Part shown: in pieces, positions 1-13,759 of the stretch | Numbering within the stretch: position 1 is the first letter of the stretch | Layout: every line of letters begins with the position of its first letter | DNA from: Eledone cirrhosa | Taxonomy: Eukaryota | Assembly (NCBI GenBank): GCA_964016885.1 | Contig: OZ024751.1 | Coordinates: 15,500,001-15,564,000 of the forward strand | Length of the DNA stretch: 64,000 nt | Reading direction: 5' to 3' | Position numbers and translations under genes: made by a program | Notes under the pieces: generated by a model | Database searches by the model: none | Seen by the model: the letters and a program-made list of their open reading frames with translations, nothing else | Told to the model about the DNA's origin: nothing

Positions 1-400
1 TGCGTTGCTCCAGCGGTAACGAACGTCTTCTCGCGTCGCCGTTGGCAAAACGAGGGTATCTACGGCTAAACCCAAGCCCGCCGCGGCGGTGGCGACGCAA
101 CGCGAGGTCAGAGGCATGACCCGACCGGGTCCACAACGAAAAGCCGAAACCTTCGTCGCAGCAGAAAGAGTGCGCGCGTCGTCGACCCGTCGTATATCGT
201 CGTCAAGGCGTTTCTCCTGCGTTAAAATGACGGCTATCACGAGACGGACGCGTATCTACTGCTGTGACGGAAAGCGACTAATCGTCGAGGCCGAGGGTCG
301 GCGAGGAGGAAGCGGCGGCGCGAGGCGTTCGTTTTTGGCGTCAACCGAGGAGTAATATGTTTCTATGGAGCCCTTCTGTCTCTATCTGGAGTCACGGGTC
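1..400. other. GC/CpG-rich segment of unknown origin, truncated by the window edge
   Basis: Much higher GC and CpG density than the rest of the window; no frame gives a recognisable protein. Confidence 0.5.
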
Positions 401-729
401 CATTCATACATATATATATATATACATATGTGCATACATATATATATACATACGTGCATACCTACATGCATACACACATACATGCATATATACATACACA
501 CATGCAAACATACATGAATGTATACATACATACACGCATACATACATTTATAAAAATAAATTAATGAAATAGTCTGTGTCGTGTATAAAATAATCAATTA
601 ATAATCGTGTCAACGAACGCTCAATTATGCAAATTAGACTGGCCATTTGAGCTGAATCCCGTTTATTTGATATAATATACTGACGAAACCACACGGGCTT
701 TTTCTCAAAAAAATCTTTTTCTGTTCCTT

Positions 730-895
730 TTTCTTCTCATGCTCTATTTTTCTATTTCTTTTATTTTTCATTCTATCCTTTGATGAAAAACTAGTGTCCG
801 AAACGTAAAGACTCTTCCTACTATATCAAAGGTTAAACTAACATATTTCTCCATTGTATTGTGTTATTTGCTTTGTTGTTTCCGTTTACTTTTTG
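730..895 (+). mobile_element. Degenerate hammerhead-bearing mini-element, inverted relative of 1635-1775
   Basis: TTGATGA-aaaactagtgtcc-GAAAC-GTA at ~780-807; downstream sequence aligns with the reverse complement of 1640-1720. Confidence 0.55.
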
Positions 896-1721
896 CACAC
901 ACACACGCTCACTCACACATACACAATCACGCACACTCACACACACGCAAACACACACACACACATATATATATATACATGCATATATATTTATACACAC
1001 TTTACTTACCTGTACAGGCAATATTTATTAGAGTGCTGTTGAACTGTATATATATATATATATATATTTGGACACCCTGTATATATATATATATCATCAT
1101 CATCATCATCGTTTAACGTCCATCTTCCACGCTAGCATGGGTTATATATATATAAACTGACAGAAAATAAGTGAATTTTCGTATATAACAATGATGATGC
1201 AGAAAAATTAAAAAACCCATCGTTATTAGTTTGCCTAGAATCAGTTAGATTTGTCTTTAAATATTAGCTTGGCTTTGTTATGGAAGCGAATCGGTGTAAG
1301 AAATACTTTCAGACTTTCCTATAAAATAATCTTAGAAATATTTTTGAAAAAACCCGATATTTTATTTAGTGTGTAACATGTTAAATTAACATTTATCTTT
1401 TCCATAACTATGTTCTGATGAATGTAAATTCTGGTGAATGTAAAATTTAAATATCGAATTTTAATTATTTTATTAGAAAGAGTTATAACAGCATAGATTC
1501 CAACAAAGATTCATTTCCTTGCCAAGAACAGCCAATGAGAAAAAAAAAAAAAATATATATATGTGTGTGTGTGTATTCTCTTTTACTCTTTTACCTGTTC
1601 CAGCTGGGGCACCGTCCTTGGAATATATATGTATGTAAAAGCTAAACAGAAATAACAACACAATCGGTACAGTATATGGAAGGGATACATTAGATTAACG
1701 CTTGATATAGCAGGAAGAGGG

Positions 1722-1757
1722 TCTTAACGTTTCGGACGCTAGTCCTTCATCAGAAGA
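1722..1757 (-). ncRNA. Minimal type I hammerhead ribozyme
   Basis: Minus strand: tctt-CTGATGA-a-GGAC tagc GTCC-GAAAC-GTT-aaga. Stems I and II are 4 bp each; stem III is the palindrome ACGT. Confidence 0.8.
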
Positions 1758-1852
1758 AAGAATGAGAAATAAGATAGATTGAGGGGACGGGCGGGTTGGA
1801 ATTGGAAAAAATGTTTTTAGATAAAAATAACATGTTGACATCTCTTATATAT

Positions 1853-2461
1853 ATGGTGGCTGCCAACTCGTTTTCGAGTACGGCCACTACTTTATATCCA
1901 TGTAGGAGAACCCTACCGATGCGCTGAACGAGTGTGACTTTTTAGTCCAGCCAGCGACTTGAAAACTCTGGTACAAACACTACACTTGTGACAATTATTG
2001 ACACATAGTGCTTTGCCCTTGGTACCATGTGACGACAAGTGCAGAGAGATCTCCAGATATAAAGCAATGCCTGTGCCGTGAAGCTTTTATAGTGAGCAAA
2101 GGCACTGCACAAAGCCAGTTCCACTCTCTTAACCAAGATGATATTTACCAAAAAGAAGAACAAGTCAACATCATTGGATACCATCAGGGTTGCAGGTGTT
2201 ATATCAGAGTTTTCCTTCTCCTAGAATTCTGCCTTGACAAAGGCTAAGGGGTCATCTCTCCCAGTGATTTTGGATGGCCATTGACTCTTAAGAGCTCCTT
2301 TGCCCTTTGACAGGTTTTGTTTTTAGTCCTGCAGGATGTCCAAAGTCACCCTCCTCACCAAGAAACCTTGGTGGGGTTGCCAGTTTAGTCGCCAACGACC
2401 CGACCATGAGATAGGTTGTAATGGGATACATGTTACCAGTAGCACTAAGTGGTGACCTGAC
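1853..2461 (-). mobile_element. ~610-bp non-autonomous RTE-derived element, copy 1
   Basis: Near-identical to 2803-3440 and 56913-57515. Contains RTE-type 5' motif CTAGGAGAAGGAAAACTCTGA and a 3' C2H2 remnant. Confidence 0.8.
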
Positions 2462-2505
2462 ATAATACATACATACATACATACATACATACATACATAC
2501 ATACA

Positions 2506-2537
<32 letters not shown>

Positions 2538-2625
2538 CACATATACATATACATACACATATACATATATACATATACATACATATATACATATATACAC
2601 ATACATACATACATACATACATACA

Positions 2626-2659
<34 letters not shown>

Positions 2660-2802
2660 CACATACATACACATATACATATATACATATACATACATAT
2701 ATACATATATACATATATACATATACATACATATATACATATATACATATACACACACATATACATATATACACATACATACATACATACATACATACAT
2801 AC
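2462..2802. repeat. (CATA)n/(TA)n compound microsatellite
   Basis: Read directly; separates two head-to-tail copies of the RTE-derived element. Confidence 0.95.
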
Positions 2803-3440
2803 ATGGTGGCTGCCAACTCGTTTTCGAGTACGGCCACTACTTTACATCCATGTAGGATAACCCCTACCGAAGCGCTGAACGAGTGTGACTTTTTAGTCCA
2901 GCCAGCGACTTGAAACCTCTGGTACAAACACTACACCTGTGACAATTATTGACACATATGCTAGGCCCATGGTAGGACAATTATTGACACATAGTGCTGG
3001 GCCCATGTGAGGACAAGTGCAGAGAGATCTCCAGATATAAAGCAATGCCTGTGCCGTGAAGCTTTTATAGTGAGCAAAGGCACTGCACAAAGCCAGTCCC
3101 ACTCTCTTAACCAAGATGCTATTTACCAAAAAGAAGAACAAGTCAACATCATTGGATACCATCAGGGTTGCAGGTGTTATATCAGAGTTTTCCTTCTCCT
3201 AGAATTCTGCCTTGACTAAGGCTAAAGGGGTCATCTCTCCCGGTGATTTTGGATGGCCATTGACTCTTAAGAGCTCCTTTGCCCTTTGACAGGTTTTGTT
3301 TTTAGTCCTGCAGGATGTCCAAAGTCACCCTCCTCACCAAGAAACCTTGGTGGGGTTGCCAGTTTAGTCGCCAACGACCCGACCATGAGACAGGTTGTAC
3401 TGGGATACATGTTACCAGTAGCACCAACTGGTGACCTGAC
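2803..3440 (-). mobile_element. Non-autonomous RTE-derived element, copy 2, with a small internal duplication near 2941-3007
   Basis: Same family as 1853-2461; flanked by (CATA)n on both sides. Confidence 0.8.
3359..3436 (-). ncRNA. Candidate degenerate HDV-like ribozyme at the element 5' end
   Basis: Order P1 (GGTCA/TGGTC), P2 (CCAGT/ACTGG), GGG, P4 (TCG ttgg CGA), CTAA. P3/L3 is imperfect. Confidence 0.35.
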
Positions 3441-3593
3441 ATACATACATACATACATATATACATATACACATATACATATACATACACATATACATAT
3501 ATACATATATACACATACATACATACATATATACATATACACATATACATATACATACACATATACATACATATATACATATATACACATACA

Positions 3594-3629
<36 letters not shown>

Positions 3630-3750
3630 CATACATACATATATACACATACATACATATATACATATACATACATATATACATATATACATATACACAT
3701 ATACATACATATATACATATATACATATACACACACATATACATATATAC

Positions 3751-3781
<31 letters not shown>

Positions 3782-3904
3782 CATATACATACATACACAT
3801 ACATACACATATATATATATAAAAATTTGTTGTAAGAAAATATAAGCTGCACTTATATATGTATGTATATATATATTATATAATTAAATAGCTCTGTACA
3901 ATAT

Positions 3905-4000
3905 TCTGTGGTGACAGTCAAGTTTGCAATACCATTATAAATTTTAAAGGATTGTAAATAAAACGAGTAAATCAGACAAAGTTGGAATTCCTTTTATTAA
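3905..4000 (+). mobile_element. Rearranged short copy of the 46434-46838 palindrome family
   Basis: tgtggtgacagtcaagtttgcaat (cf. 46600-46623) joined via AAT to accattat...ggaattcc (cf. 46760-46835), then (TA)n. Confidence 0.75.
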
Positions 4001-4022
4001 TATATATATATATATATATATA

Positions 4023-4075
4023 TGTTTATATCTGATTCAGAGCACTCGACAGTTTTTGGAGTATAATATTCAATG

Positions 4076-4115
<40 letters not shown>

Positions 4116-4212
4116 CATTGAATATTATACTCCAAAATCTGTCGAGTGCTCTGAATCAGTTATAAACATTTATATTTGTTGAATTACCAAAAAATTGAAT
4201 ATCCCTTCTGCT
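4023..4212. mobile_element. Family A 3' tail as an inverted pair around a (TA)n tract
   Basis: 4023-4080 is the reverse complement of 4111-4168. Tail motif (ctcc...gtYgagtgct) is shared with 10308, 36440, 39681 and 52900. Confidence 0.75.
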
Positions 4213-4237
4213 TATATATATATATATATATATGTGT

Positions 4238-4442
4238 GGCTGTGTGGTTAGAGAATTGGATTCGCAATCGTAAGGTTGTGAGTTCGATTCCTGGACCAGG
4301 CGATGCGTTATGTCCTTGAGCAAGACACTTTATTTCACGTTGCTCCTTCTACCTGGAGTTGCGACCGATAGATAGTATTAGCAATTGGAAAGACCAACGG
4401 AAACATTGTTCCCTCGGTCCGATTTGACGAAAGTCGATCGTT

Positions 4443-4445
<3 letters not shown>
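4238..4445 (+). mobile_element. tRNA-derived SINE head fused to a (TA)n-abutting tail
   Basis: B-box-like GAGTTCGATTCC and central gtccttgagcaagacactttatttcac; second copy at 10413-10625 (-). Confidence 0.75.
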
Positions 4446-4479
<34 letters not shown>

Positions 4480-4532
4480 CAGGAAAGAAGGTTGACATGG
4501 TTTGCTATACAAAAAAGGTTTTTAATCTCATA

Positions 4533-4638
4533 GCTGACAATTGTTTCTCTGAACTGGTAGGTCTAGAGATCGCTATTCGCTTGTTTTCACGTTACTCGAT
4601 CGCCAATACAAAATTATAACCAGTCAGTTCTTCGGAGC
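4533..4638 (-). ncRNA. Hammerhead-like motif with CCGAAGA core and long stem II insert
   Basis: gct-CCGAAGA-actgactggt...accagttcaga-GAAAC aatt GTC-agc; stem III is the palindrome ACAATTGT. Confidence 0.6.
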
Positions 4639-4953
4639 GTGAGAGAATGAAGAGAATATACAGGCATGAAAAGAATATATAGGCTACTATATGAAGTAGT
4701 AATGGCATTCAGTTAGAACAATAACAACAATTACAACAATGCTATTAATAAATTATTTGAGGAGACCCTGACATTACTTAGGTGGGGGGTATAGTGTATC
4801 TAAGATTTCGGCGTGTAAAACTAGCTGACATGAAGCAGAAGTAAAAGTTTGGCATGTACAGAGTATCGTAGTGTGTATCAATTTTAAATTTTAAAGATAA
4901 GCTGGTGTTTACAGTCTTTCTTTTCATCTTCAATAACATACATTTGTTACCCC

Positions 4954-5014
<61 letters not shown>

Positions 5015-5458
5015 ATATATTTGCGGATATAGAGGTTATCTCCCTTGCTGAATTCCATGTGCGTTTTCAACTTGGGTTGTGCCTTTTTATTCGTTCGGAC
5101 AAAAGCTCGTTGAGAAAGTAATTCCTGTCCGCTGCTCTCTAGAAGTCTTATATATTTTTATGTGGGCTGATAGAGGGCGATTTAAGGATTTACAGAAACC
5201 CAAGAAGCTAGATTTACCATCTTTCTAGCGGGTCCGGGTAAGCTCTTTACATTCATATGATTTATTGATTTATTGATATTTTATCTGAGTGACCCGAATC
5301 TTCCAGATCGTAATTTTTCGGTCGTATGGTTGATTTTAGACATGATCTATGTGTGTTGGTATTTTAACGATAGTTATAGCTCTGATTTATCTGAATTATT
5401 GAGCCCTCTGCCACTCATTTCGGATTTTGTTTATCGTGAACTCGTGCGCCGATTTTTC

Positions 5459-5514
<56 letters not shown>

Positions 5515-6114
5515 TTGGGGATCTTGACTTAGAGTAATAAATGTCGCTTAAAATTACATTTTTATCATTTCTTACTGAACAATACCGTCTTTTTGCATTT
5601 TGAATTCAAATCGTGTTAGGACCTACTTAAAATGTCGTTCAGCTTAACATTGCTACATGAGCTTTGACTGTGATTGAATTGACTATTGTAATTATATAAT
5701 GTGGAATTGTATCATTTTAAAAATTATTATTAAATACTTCTTAAAAAAGAGAAGAAATTTCTCAACAATAACTCGGACTGGAATCTTTTAATCACGGACC
5801 TGCCAACCTCTAAAAACCCAAACGGGGAGTACCATGAAAAAAAGGGCCCCAAAACGAGAAATGGGGGAGATTTTACGTAATGAAAGCTATACCCATTTCT
5901 CCAAGAATAGACATCTCTTACCCACTCCAAAGTGGGTAGGAGATCTCCCTGTCCGACGGGGAGAGTTGACAGGTTTCTAAACAGACCATATTAATGTTTC
6001 TACTTTTGGCACAAGGCCAGAAATTTGAAGGGAATGGTGAAATCGATTAAATCGCCTCCAGTGCCAATTCACTACCCTAACAGGCCATAATAATAATGAT
6101 AATAATAATGATAA

Positions 6115-6332
6115 TGGTTTCTTATATAGGCACTAGGCCAGTAATTTTGGGGGAGGGGAAAGTCGATTAAATCGACCCCAGTGCGTAACTGCTACTTTAT
6201 TTTATCGACCCCATAAGGATGAAAGGCAAAGTTAACCTCGGCGGGATTTGAACCCAGAACGTAAAAGGCCCTAACTAGATGCCACCAAGCAGGTTTTCTG
6301 ACGTTCTAACGACTCTGCCATTCTACCACCCT
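6115..6332 (-). mobile_element. tRNA-derived SINE (family S1)
   Basis: Conserved gtaaggatgaaaggcaaagttaacctcggcgggatttgaa-type block; flanking direct repeat ccctaacaggccataata. Confidence 0.85.
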
Positions 6333-6548
6333 AACAGGCCATAATACTATTCAAATCTCTAAACGTTGATCTCTCGAGCTCGGTAGAAAACTTACACTAC
6401 AGAAGATCTGTAGTCTAATAAATACAATGTGTTACTGTATTAATACTCAGAAGAATAAGTTCAGTCTGCCTATGTGATCTGGATTTATATCTATGTATAT
6501 TGTGAATATCTTTTATAAAGGAATTTTTAGTAATCCTTATATAGCTTT

Positions 6549-6839
6549 TTATTTCACTGTTATTTTAAAGAGGAACCTGATCTTTAGAAATATATTGTAT
6601 ACTCCGTTGATAGGGCAAACATTCAGGTTATTGCAATTGCATAAAGAAGAGGTTTGAATGTTTGTAAAGGAAAACATTCTTCGGTTTTCATTGGTTATAG
6701 AAACAGTAAAATTCTTCATACACATGTAGCTCACCTTAAATCTATTTCTGTTAAAGAGCTTATGATATCTATAATCGTCAGGGGGATGCTTATTTATAAG
6801 GTTTAGGAAAATCCTAGTAACAATGTAACATTGCAACAA
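6549..6839 (-). pseudogene. Penelope-like element (Neptune-type) RT-thumb/GIY-YIG linker remnant
   Basis: FLNLINKHPP..YHKLFNRNRFKVSYMCMKN...CNCNNLNVCPING matches the KHFP..HKIFNRNTVKxSYSCMPN...CNC-x4/5-CPLxG pattern of PLE proteins. Confidence 0.75.
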
Positions 6840-7089
6840 ATATTTAAATTATATAAATATTTATACCACATATTTTGTTTCCTTAGAAACTTACTGATAA
6901 TAGTAATAAGCACATGTATAAAACTTATCCTTTGACAAAGAATTTTATAGCTCGAAGTACAATATTACATTGATGCTACAGATGACGATGACTTCAAAGA
7001 CCAAATATATTCCATGCTGAGCATCAATAGATATAAATATTCATAAAGGTAAAAGTACGAAACTAAATATTGATTGTTCATCCTTATTG

Positions 7090-8287
<1,198 letters not shown>

Positions 8288-8540
8288 TGCCTTTGCTCAC
8301 TATAAAAGCTTCACGGCACAGGCATTGCTTTATATCTGGAGATCTCTCTGCACTTGTCGTCACATGGTACCATGGGCCCAGCACTATGTGTCAATAATTG
8401 TCACAAGTGTAGTGTTTGTACCAGAGTTTTCAAGTCGCTGGCTGGACTAAAATGTCACACTCGTTCAGCGCATCGGTAGGGGTTCTCCTACATGGATATA
8501 AAGTAGTGGCCGTACTCGAAAACGAGTTGGCAGCCACCAT
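8288..8540 (+). mobile_element. 5'-truncated copy of the RTE-derived element
   Basis: Matches 57263-57515; ends ggcagccaccATGT. Confidence 0.85.
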
Positions 8541-8559
8541 GTATATATATATTTGTATG

Positions 8560-8595
<36 letters not shown>

Positions 8596-8599
8596 TATG

Positions 8600-8666
<67 letters not shown>

Positions 8667-8727
8667 GTATATATATATGTATATATATATGTATATATAT
8701 ATGTATATATATATGTATATATATATG

Positions 8728-8762
<35 letters not shown>

Positions 8763-8777
8763 GTATATATATATGTA

Positions 8778-8914
<137 letters not shown>

Positions 8915-9009
8915 GTATATATATATGTATATATATATATATATGTATATATATATGTATATATATATGTATATATATATGTATATATATATATATGTAT
9001 ATATATATG

Positions 9010-9043
<34 letters not shown>

Positions 9044-9150
9044 TATATCTGTACATAACAGATATGTATATATACATATTTGTATACAAATTATGCACAT
9101 TGAATATTTAGATATGTAGTCATGTTATATTTACGTATTTCCTTGTAGCT

Positions 9151-9213
<63 letters not shown>

Positions 9214-9218
<5 letters not shown>

Positions 9219-9476
9219 TGATGAATTTGTTTTGCAAGGTTTTTGATGTGAAATCGTGTGCTGAAACAAATATTGTTATATTTTGGGAGGGTCATAATGT
9301 TATTATATTGCCAGAAATATATAGTAAAACACACTCACTGTTTGGTTTTGGTGGATTTTCGCTTCAGAAATATAAACTATACTGAGAACGAAGCCCAAAC
9401 CAAACAGTGAGTTATGTTTCACTATATATTTCCGGCAATATTATCACAACACGACCCTCCCCAAATATAACAATAT
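9214..9476. mobile_element. Diverged fold-back mini-element abutting (TA)n
   Basis: 9270-9350 is an imperfect inverted copy of 9398-9476; tail related to 45329-45410. Confidence 0.65.
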
Positions 9477-9796
9477 ATGTACATATATACACACACTCGT
9501 ACACCTACATACATCCACGAAGACTGCCTCCTAAATAAACTTTATAACACAGTTTATATATATTTTCTAAACCAAATCGTCGTAAGCAGTACTAAATTAT
9601 AATTTAAAATATAATCTATGGAAGTCATCTTTTACCAGCCCACGGCATCATTCATTCATATATATGAATCCTCACTGATTAAGATATGTGTGTATTCTAA
9701 CCAGCTGGGTTTGAATTTTAATAATACGAACTTAATTGATAATTGAATGAGTTAGAAAACAATTGAAGCTGTGTCCATTCTATTCGATAAGCTTCG

Positions 9797-9852
<56 letters not shown>

Positions 9853-10059
9853 ATATATATATAATTGTTTCTACTTTTGGCACAAGGCCAGCAATTATCC
9901 CAGTGTATTACTGGTACTTTATTTTATCGACCCCATAAGGATGAAAGGCAAAGTTAACCTCGGCGGGATTATATATATATATATAATATTATATATATAT
10001 ATATATAATATTATTCAAAATGTTAATAAATGAAAAATATTCTCATAATCAAAATATAT

Positions 10060-10120
10060 ATTTTATTATACATATTTCAAAGGTACAATGGTGTTTAAGT
10101 ATGTTTTCATCAGACAAAAT
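10060..10120 (-). ncRNA. Family A hammerhead with weak stem II
   Basis: attttgt-CTGATGA-...-GAAAT atgt ATA-ataaaat; stem I 7 bp. Confidence 0.6.
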
Positions 10121-10368
10121 ATAAGATTTGATATGAGACATACTGCTACGGTTTTGATTATTCAATTCCAATAGTGGCAGTGATTTACTTCACCAAATCT
10201 CAACGTTTTTTTACCACAAATAATATGATAAACTTAAAGAAGAAAAGGACGTAGTGCAACTTAGAAATATAGATGGAGGATGCAAAGAAGAGGAAAGAGA
10301 AGAAAAAACTGTTGAGTGCTTTTAATCTATTGTAAAATTGTATTCGTTGAGTAATCAACGAACCATAA

Positions 10369-10411
<43 letters not shown>

Positions 10412-10412
10412 T

Positions 10413-10625
10413 AGGAACGATCGACTTTCGTCAAATCGGACCGAGGAAACAATGTTTCCATTGCTCTTTCCAATTGCTAATACTATCTATCGGTCGCAAC
10501 TCCAGGTAGAAGGAGCAACGTGAAATAAAGTGTCTTGCTCAAGGACATAACGCATCACCTGGTCTGAGAATCGAACGCACAACCTCACGATTGCGAATCC
10601 AATTCTCTAACCACTCACCCACACG
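10413..10625 (-). mobile_element. Second copy of the SINE-head/(TA)-tail chimera
   Basis: Reverse complement of 4238-4445 with the same junction (gttgctccttctacctggagttgcgacc). Confidence 0.75.
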
Positions 10626-10629
10626 CCTT

Positions 10630-10803
<174 letters not shown>

Positions 10804-10888
10804 ATATTTATATATATAATATATGTATATATATCTATATATGTATAATATATGTATATATATAATATGTATAATATAAGTATAATAT

Positions 10889-10941
<53 letters not shown>

Positions 10942-11177
10942 ATGGTTTCAATAAATTCGTCCACAGGCGGTACATATATATATGGAGAGAGAGAGAGGGA
11001 AGTGAGCTAGCAACCGAAGAGTATGATAAAGTTATATCTGCATAAACACTGAGTGTGTAATCGAGACTACACTGAGTGTGTATAAATATATCCACATATC
11101 TATCTATACACACACACATATATATGTACATATACACACACACACACACACACGCGCGCGCACATACACACACTCAC

Positions 11178-11580
11178 ATCATCATCATTTTACGTCCGCT
11201 TTTCCCTGCTTGCAAGGGTGGGACGGGAACTGATTCTGGCTCAATTACTACAGCTGGATGCCCTTCCTAACGCCAACATGATTTACAGTGAGTGCAGGGT
11301 GCTTTTTTCCGTGGCGCCTACACAACCACTTTACAGTGTGGGCTGGGTGCTTTTTTCCGTGGCGCCTACACAACCACTTTACAGTGTGGGCTGGGTGCTT
11401 TTTTCCGTGGCGCCTACACAACCACTTTACAGTGTGGGCTGGGTGCTTTTTTCCGTGGCGCCTACACAACCACTTTACAGTGTGGGCTGGGTGCTTTTTT
11501 TCCGTGGCATCTACACAACCACTTTACAGTGTGGGCTGGGTGCTTTTTTTGCCGTGGCACCTCCACGACCACTTTGCAGT
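11178..11580 (-). mobile_element. (GAT)n-tailed SINE (family S3) with an internal 48-bp tandem array of ~6 units
   Basis: catcatcat...gctggatgcccttcctaacgccaac; unit accactttacagtgtgggctgggtgcttttttccgtggcgcctacaca. Confidence 0.85.
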
Positions 11581-11589
11581 GGAATTATA

Positions 11590-11745
11590 GGGACCCCAGT
11601 CCCTATCATCTCATTTCTACAGCTGAGTAAACTGGAGCAATTTGAAATAAAGTGTCTTGCTCAAGGAAACAACACATCACCCGGTCCGAGAATTGATCTC
11701 ACAACCTTTTTGCAAGGCCAATGCTCTAACCACTAAGCCATGTAC
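11590..11745 (-). mobile_element. tRNA-derived SINE (family S2)
   Basis: tgaaataaagtgtcttgctcaagg block; similar copies at ~22010-22180 and ~51505-51705. Confidence 0.7.
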
Positions 11746-11773
11746 CTCCACACACACACAAACACACACACAT

Positions 11774-11887
<114 letters not shown>

Positions 11888-12242
11888 TAGGACAGGCTTC
11901 TGCTTGCTATTGGTACCATGTAACTCAATATAACCTACTTCGTGGTAGGCGACAAAACTGGCCTCCCCCACCCCCACCCCCACCGATCCTGGTTTGGCGA
12001 GGAGGATAAGTGGAACTCCAGTAGTACAAAAAATAAGAGTTATTCAAAGAGTGGATGAACTCCTCAGAATCAATGGCCATCCTCCACCACAATGGGTTAA
12101 ATAGCCTCACCAATCCGCCATTGGTCAAGTGTGGTGAGTACGGCTGTAACCCTGATATAACCAAAATCAAAATCAAATAGAAAGCGGTAGAAGTCAACCA
12201 GGGAAGGTTTCCTTCAACAGGAGTGAGACGGCTCTGGGTTGG

Positions 12243-12860
12243 ATCATCATCATCATCATCGTTTAATGTCAATTTTCCATGCTAGCATGGGTTGGACGGG
12301 TCGTCCCATGTGAGGTAAGTTGGGTCAGGTGCCTGTGTCTAACTCGTATAGGATTTTTTCTGGCTAGGTTTCTACGGCTGGATGCCCTTCCTAAGGCTAA
12401 CACATTTATAGTGTGTGCTGGGTGCTTTTAGCAGTGACTCTTAAACGACCACTTTATAGTGTGGGCTGGGTGTTTTTAGCCTTGACTCTTAAACGACCAC
12501 TTTACAGTGTAGGCTGGGTGTTTTTAGCCTTGACTCTTAAACGACCACTTTACAGTGTGGGCTGGGTGCTTTTAGCCTTGACTCTTAAACGACCACTTTA
12601 CAGTGTGGGCTGGGTGTTTTTAGCCTTGACTCTTAAACGACCACTTTACAGTGTGGGCTGGGTGCTTTTAGCCTTGACTCTTAAACGACCACTGTACAGT
12701 GTGGGCTGTGTGCTTTTAGCCGTGACTATTACACGACCACTTTACAATGTGGGCTGGGTGCTTTTAGCCGTGACTATTACACGACCACTTTACAGTGTGG
12801 GCTGGGTGCTTTTAGCCGTAATACCTACGTGGCCTCTTTACAGTGTGTGCTGGATATATT
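12243..12860 (-). mobile_element. S3 SINE with an independent 48-bp tandem array of ~9 units
   Basis: Same family ends; unit accactttacagtgtgggctgggtgcttttagccttgactcttaaacg. Confidence 0.85.
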
Positions 12861-12929
12861 TTGTTCAGTGTAAGAGTGAGGGAAAATAAGACCAAATACT
12901 GTTAGTTATAAGTAAAACTTGTATATAGT

Positions 12930-13379
12930 CTTATGTACGGTTTACTGTAATAAATCTCATATTTTGAGCTGTAATAACTTTTTCTGTTTTCGCTTTTGAA
13001 AACGACTTATTCTAAATTATATATATATATATAGTTATGTAATAAACAACATAAGGCAATTATTCCATTTACCAGTGGTTTCTTAAAAGCCAAAAATGTT
13101 GCTTTCAATCCTCAGAATTAAAAAATCCTGGTCTGTTTATTGAATTTGGATTTTAAAATCCAAATTCAATAAACAGACCAGGATTTTTTAATTCTGAGGA
13201 TTGAAAGCAACATTTTTGGCTTTTAAGAAACCACTGGTAAATGGAATAATTGCCTTATGTTGTTTATTACATAACTATATATATATATATAATTTAGAAT
13301 AAGTCGTTTTCAAAAGCGAAAACAGAAAAAGTTATTACAGCTCAAAATATGAGATTTCTTGCAGTAAACTGTACATAAG
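12930..13379. repeat. ~450-bp spacerless palindrome, perfect over 12952-13357
   Basis: Centre ggatttt|aaaatcc at 13154/13155; three mismatches in the outer ~22 bp. Confidence 0.9.
13191..13242 (+). ncRNA. Type I hammerhead ribozyme (mirror copy 13067-13118 on minus)
   Basis: att-CTGAGGA-ttgaaagc...gcttttaa-GAAAC cactg GTA-aat; stem II 8 bp; GUA site. Confidence 0.75.
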
Positions 13380-13759
13380 TCAGTTTCTTCGTTGCTTTGG
13401 TCCCTGCGGCAATCTTCAATTTGCAAAGCTGTCTAAACGTAATGTTATTACTCTAAGGTAAAATACCTTATTGAGTGCTTAGCTGCACATTCCGATTGCA
13501 TTCGTTAGCTTAGCTGCAGCCAGAGCTTCGATTATACTGAACTTCCATTTGTATATATATATATATTTATATATATATATATTATCAGCATCATCATCAT
13601 CGTTTAACGTCTAGTTTCCATGCTAGCATATGTTACACACACACATATACACACAGACACATATATATATATATAACGATAAATACATTTGTTCTACAAA
13701 ATCTACATCTTCTTTCCATATCGCGGTGCAGAATACAACTACACATGTTCACAGTATCA

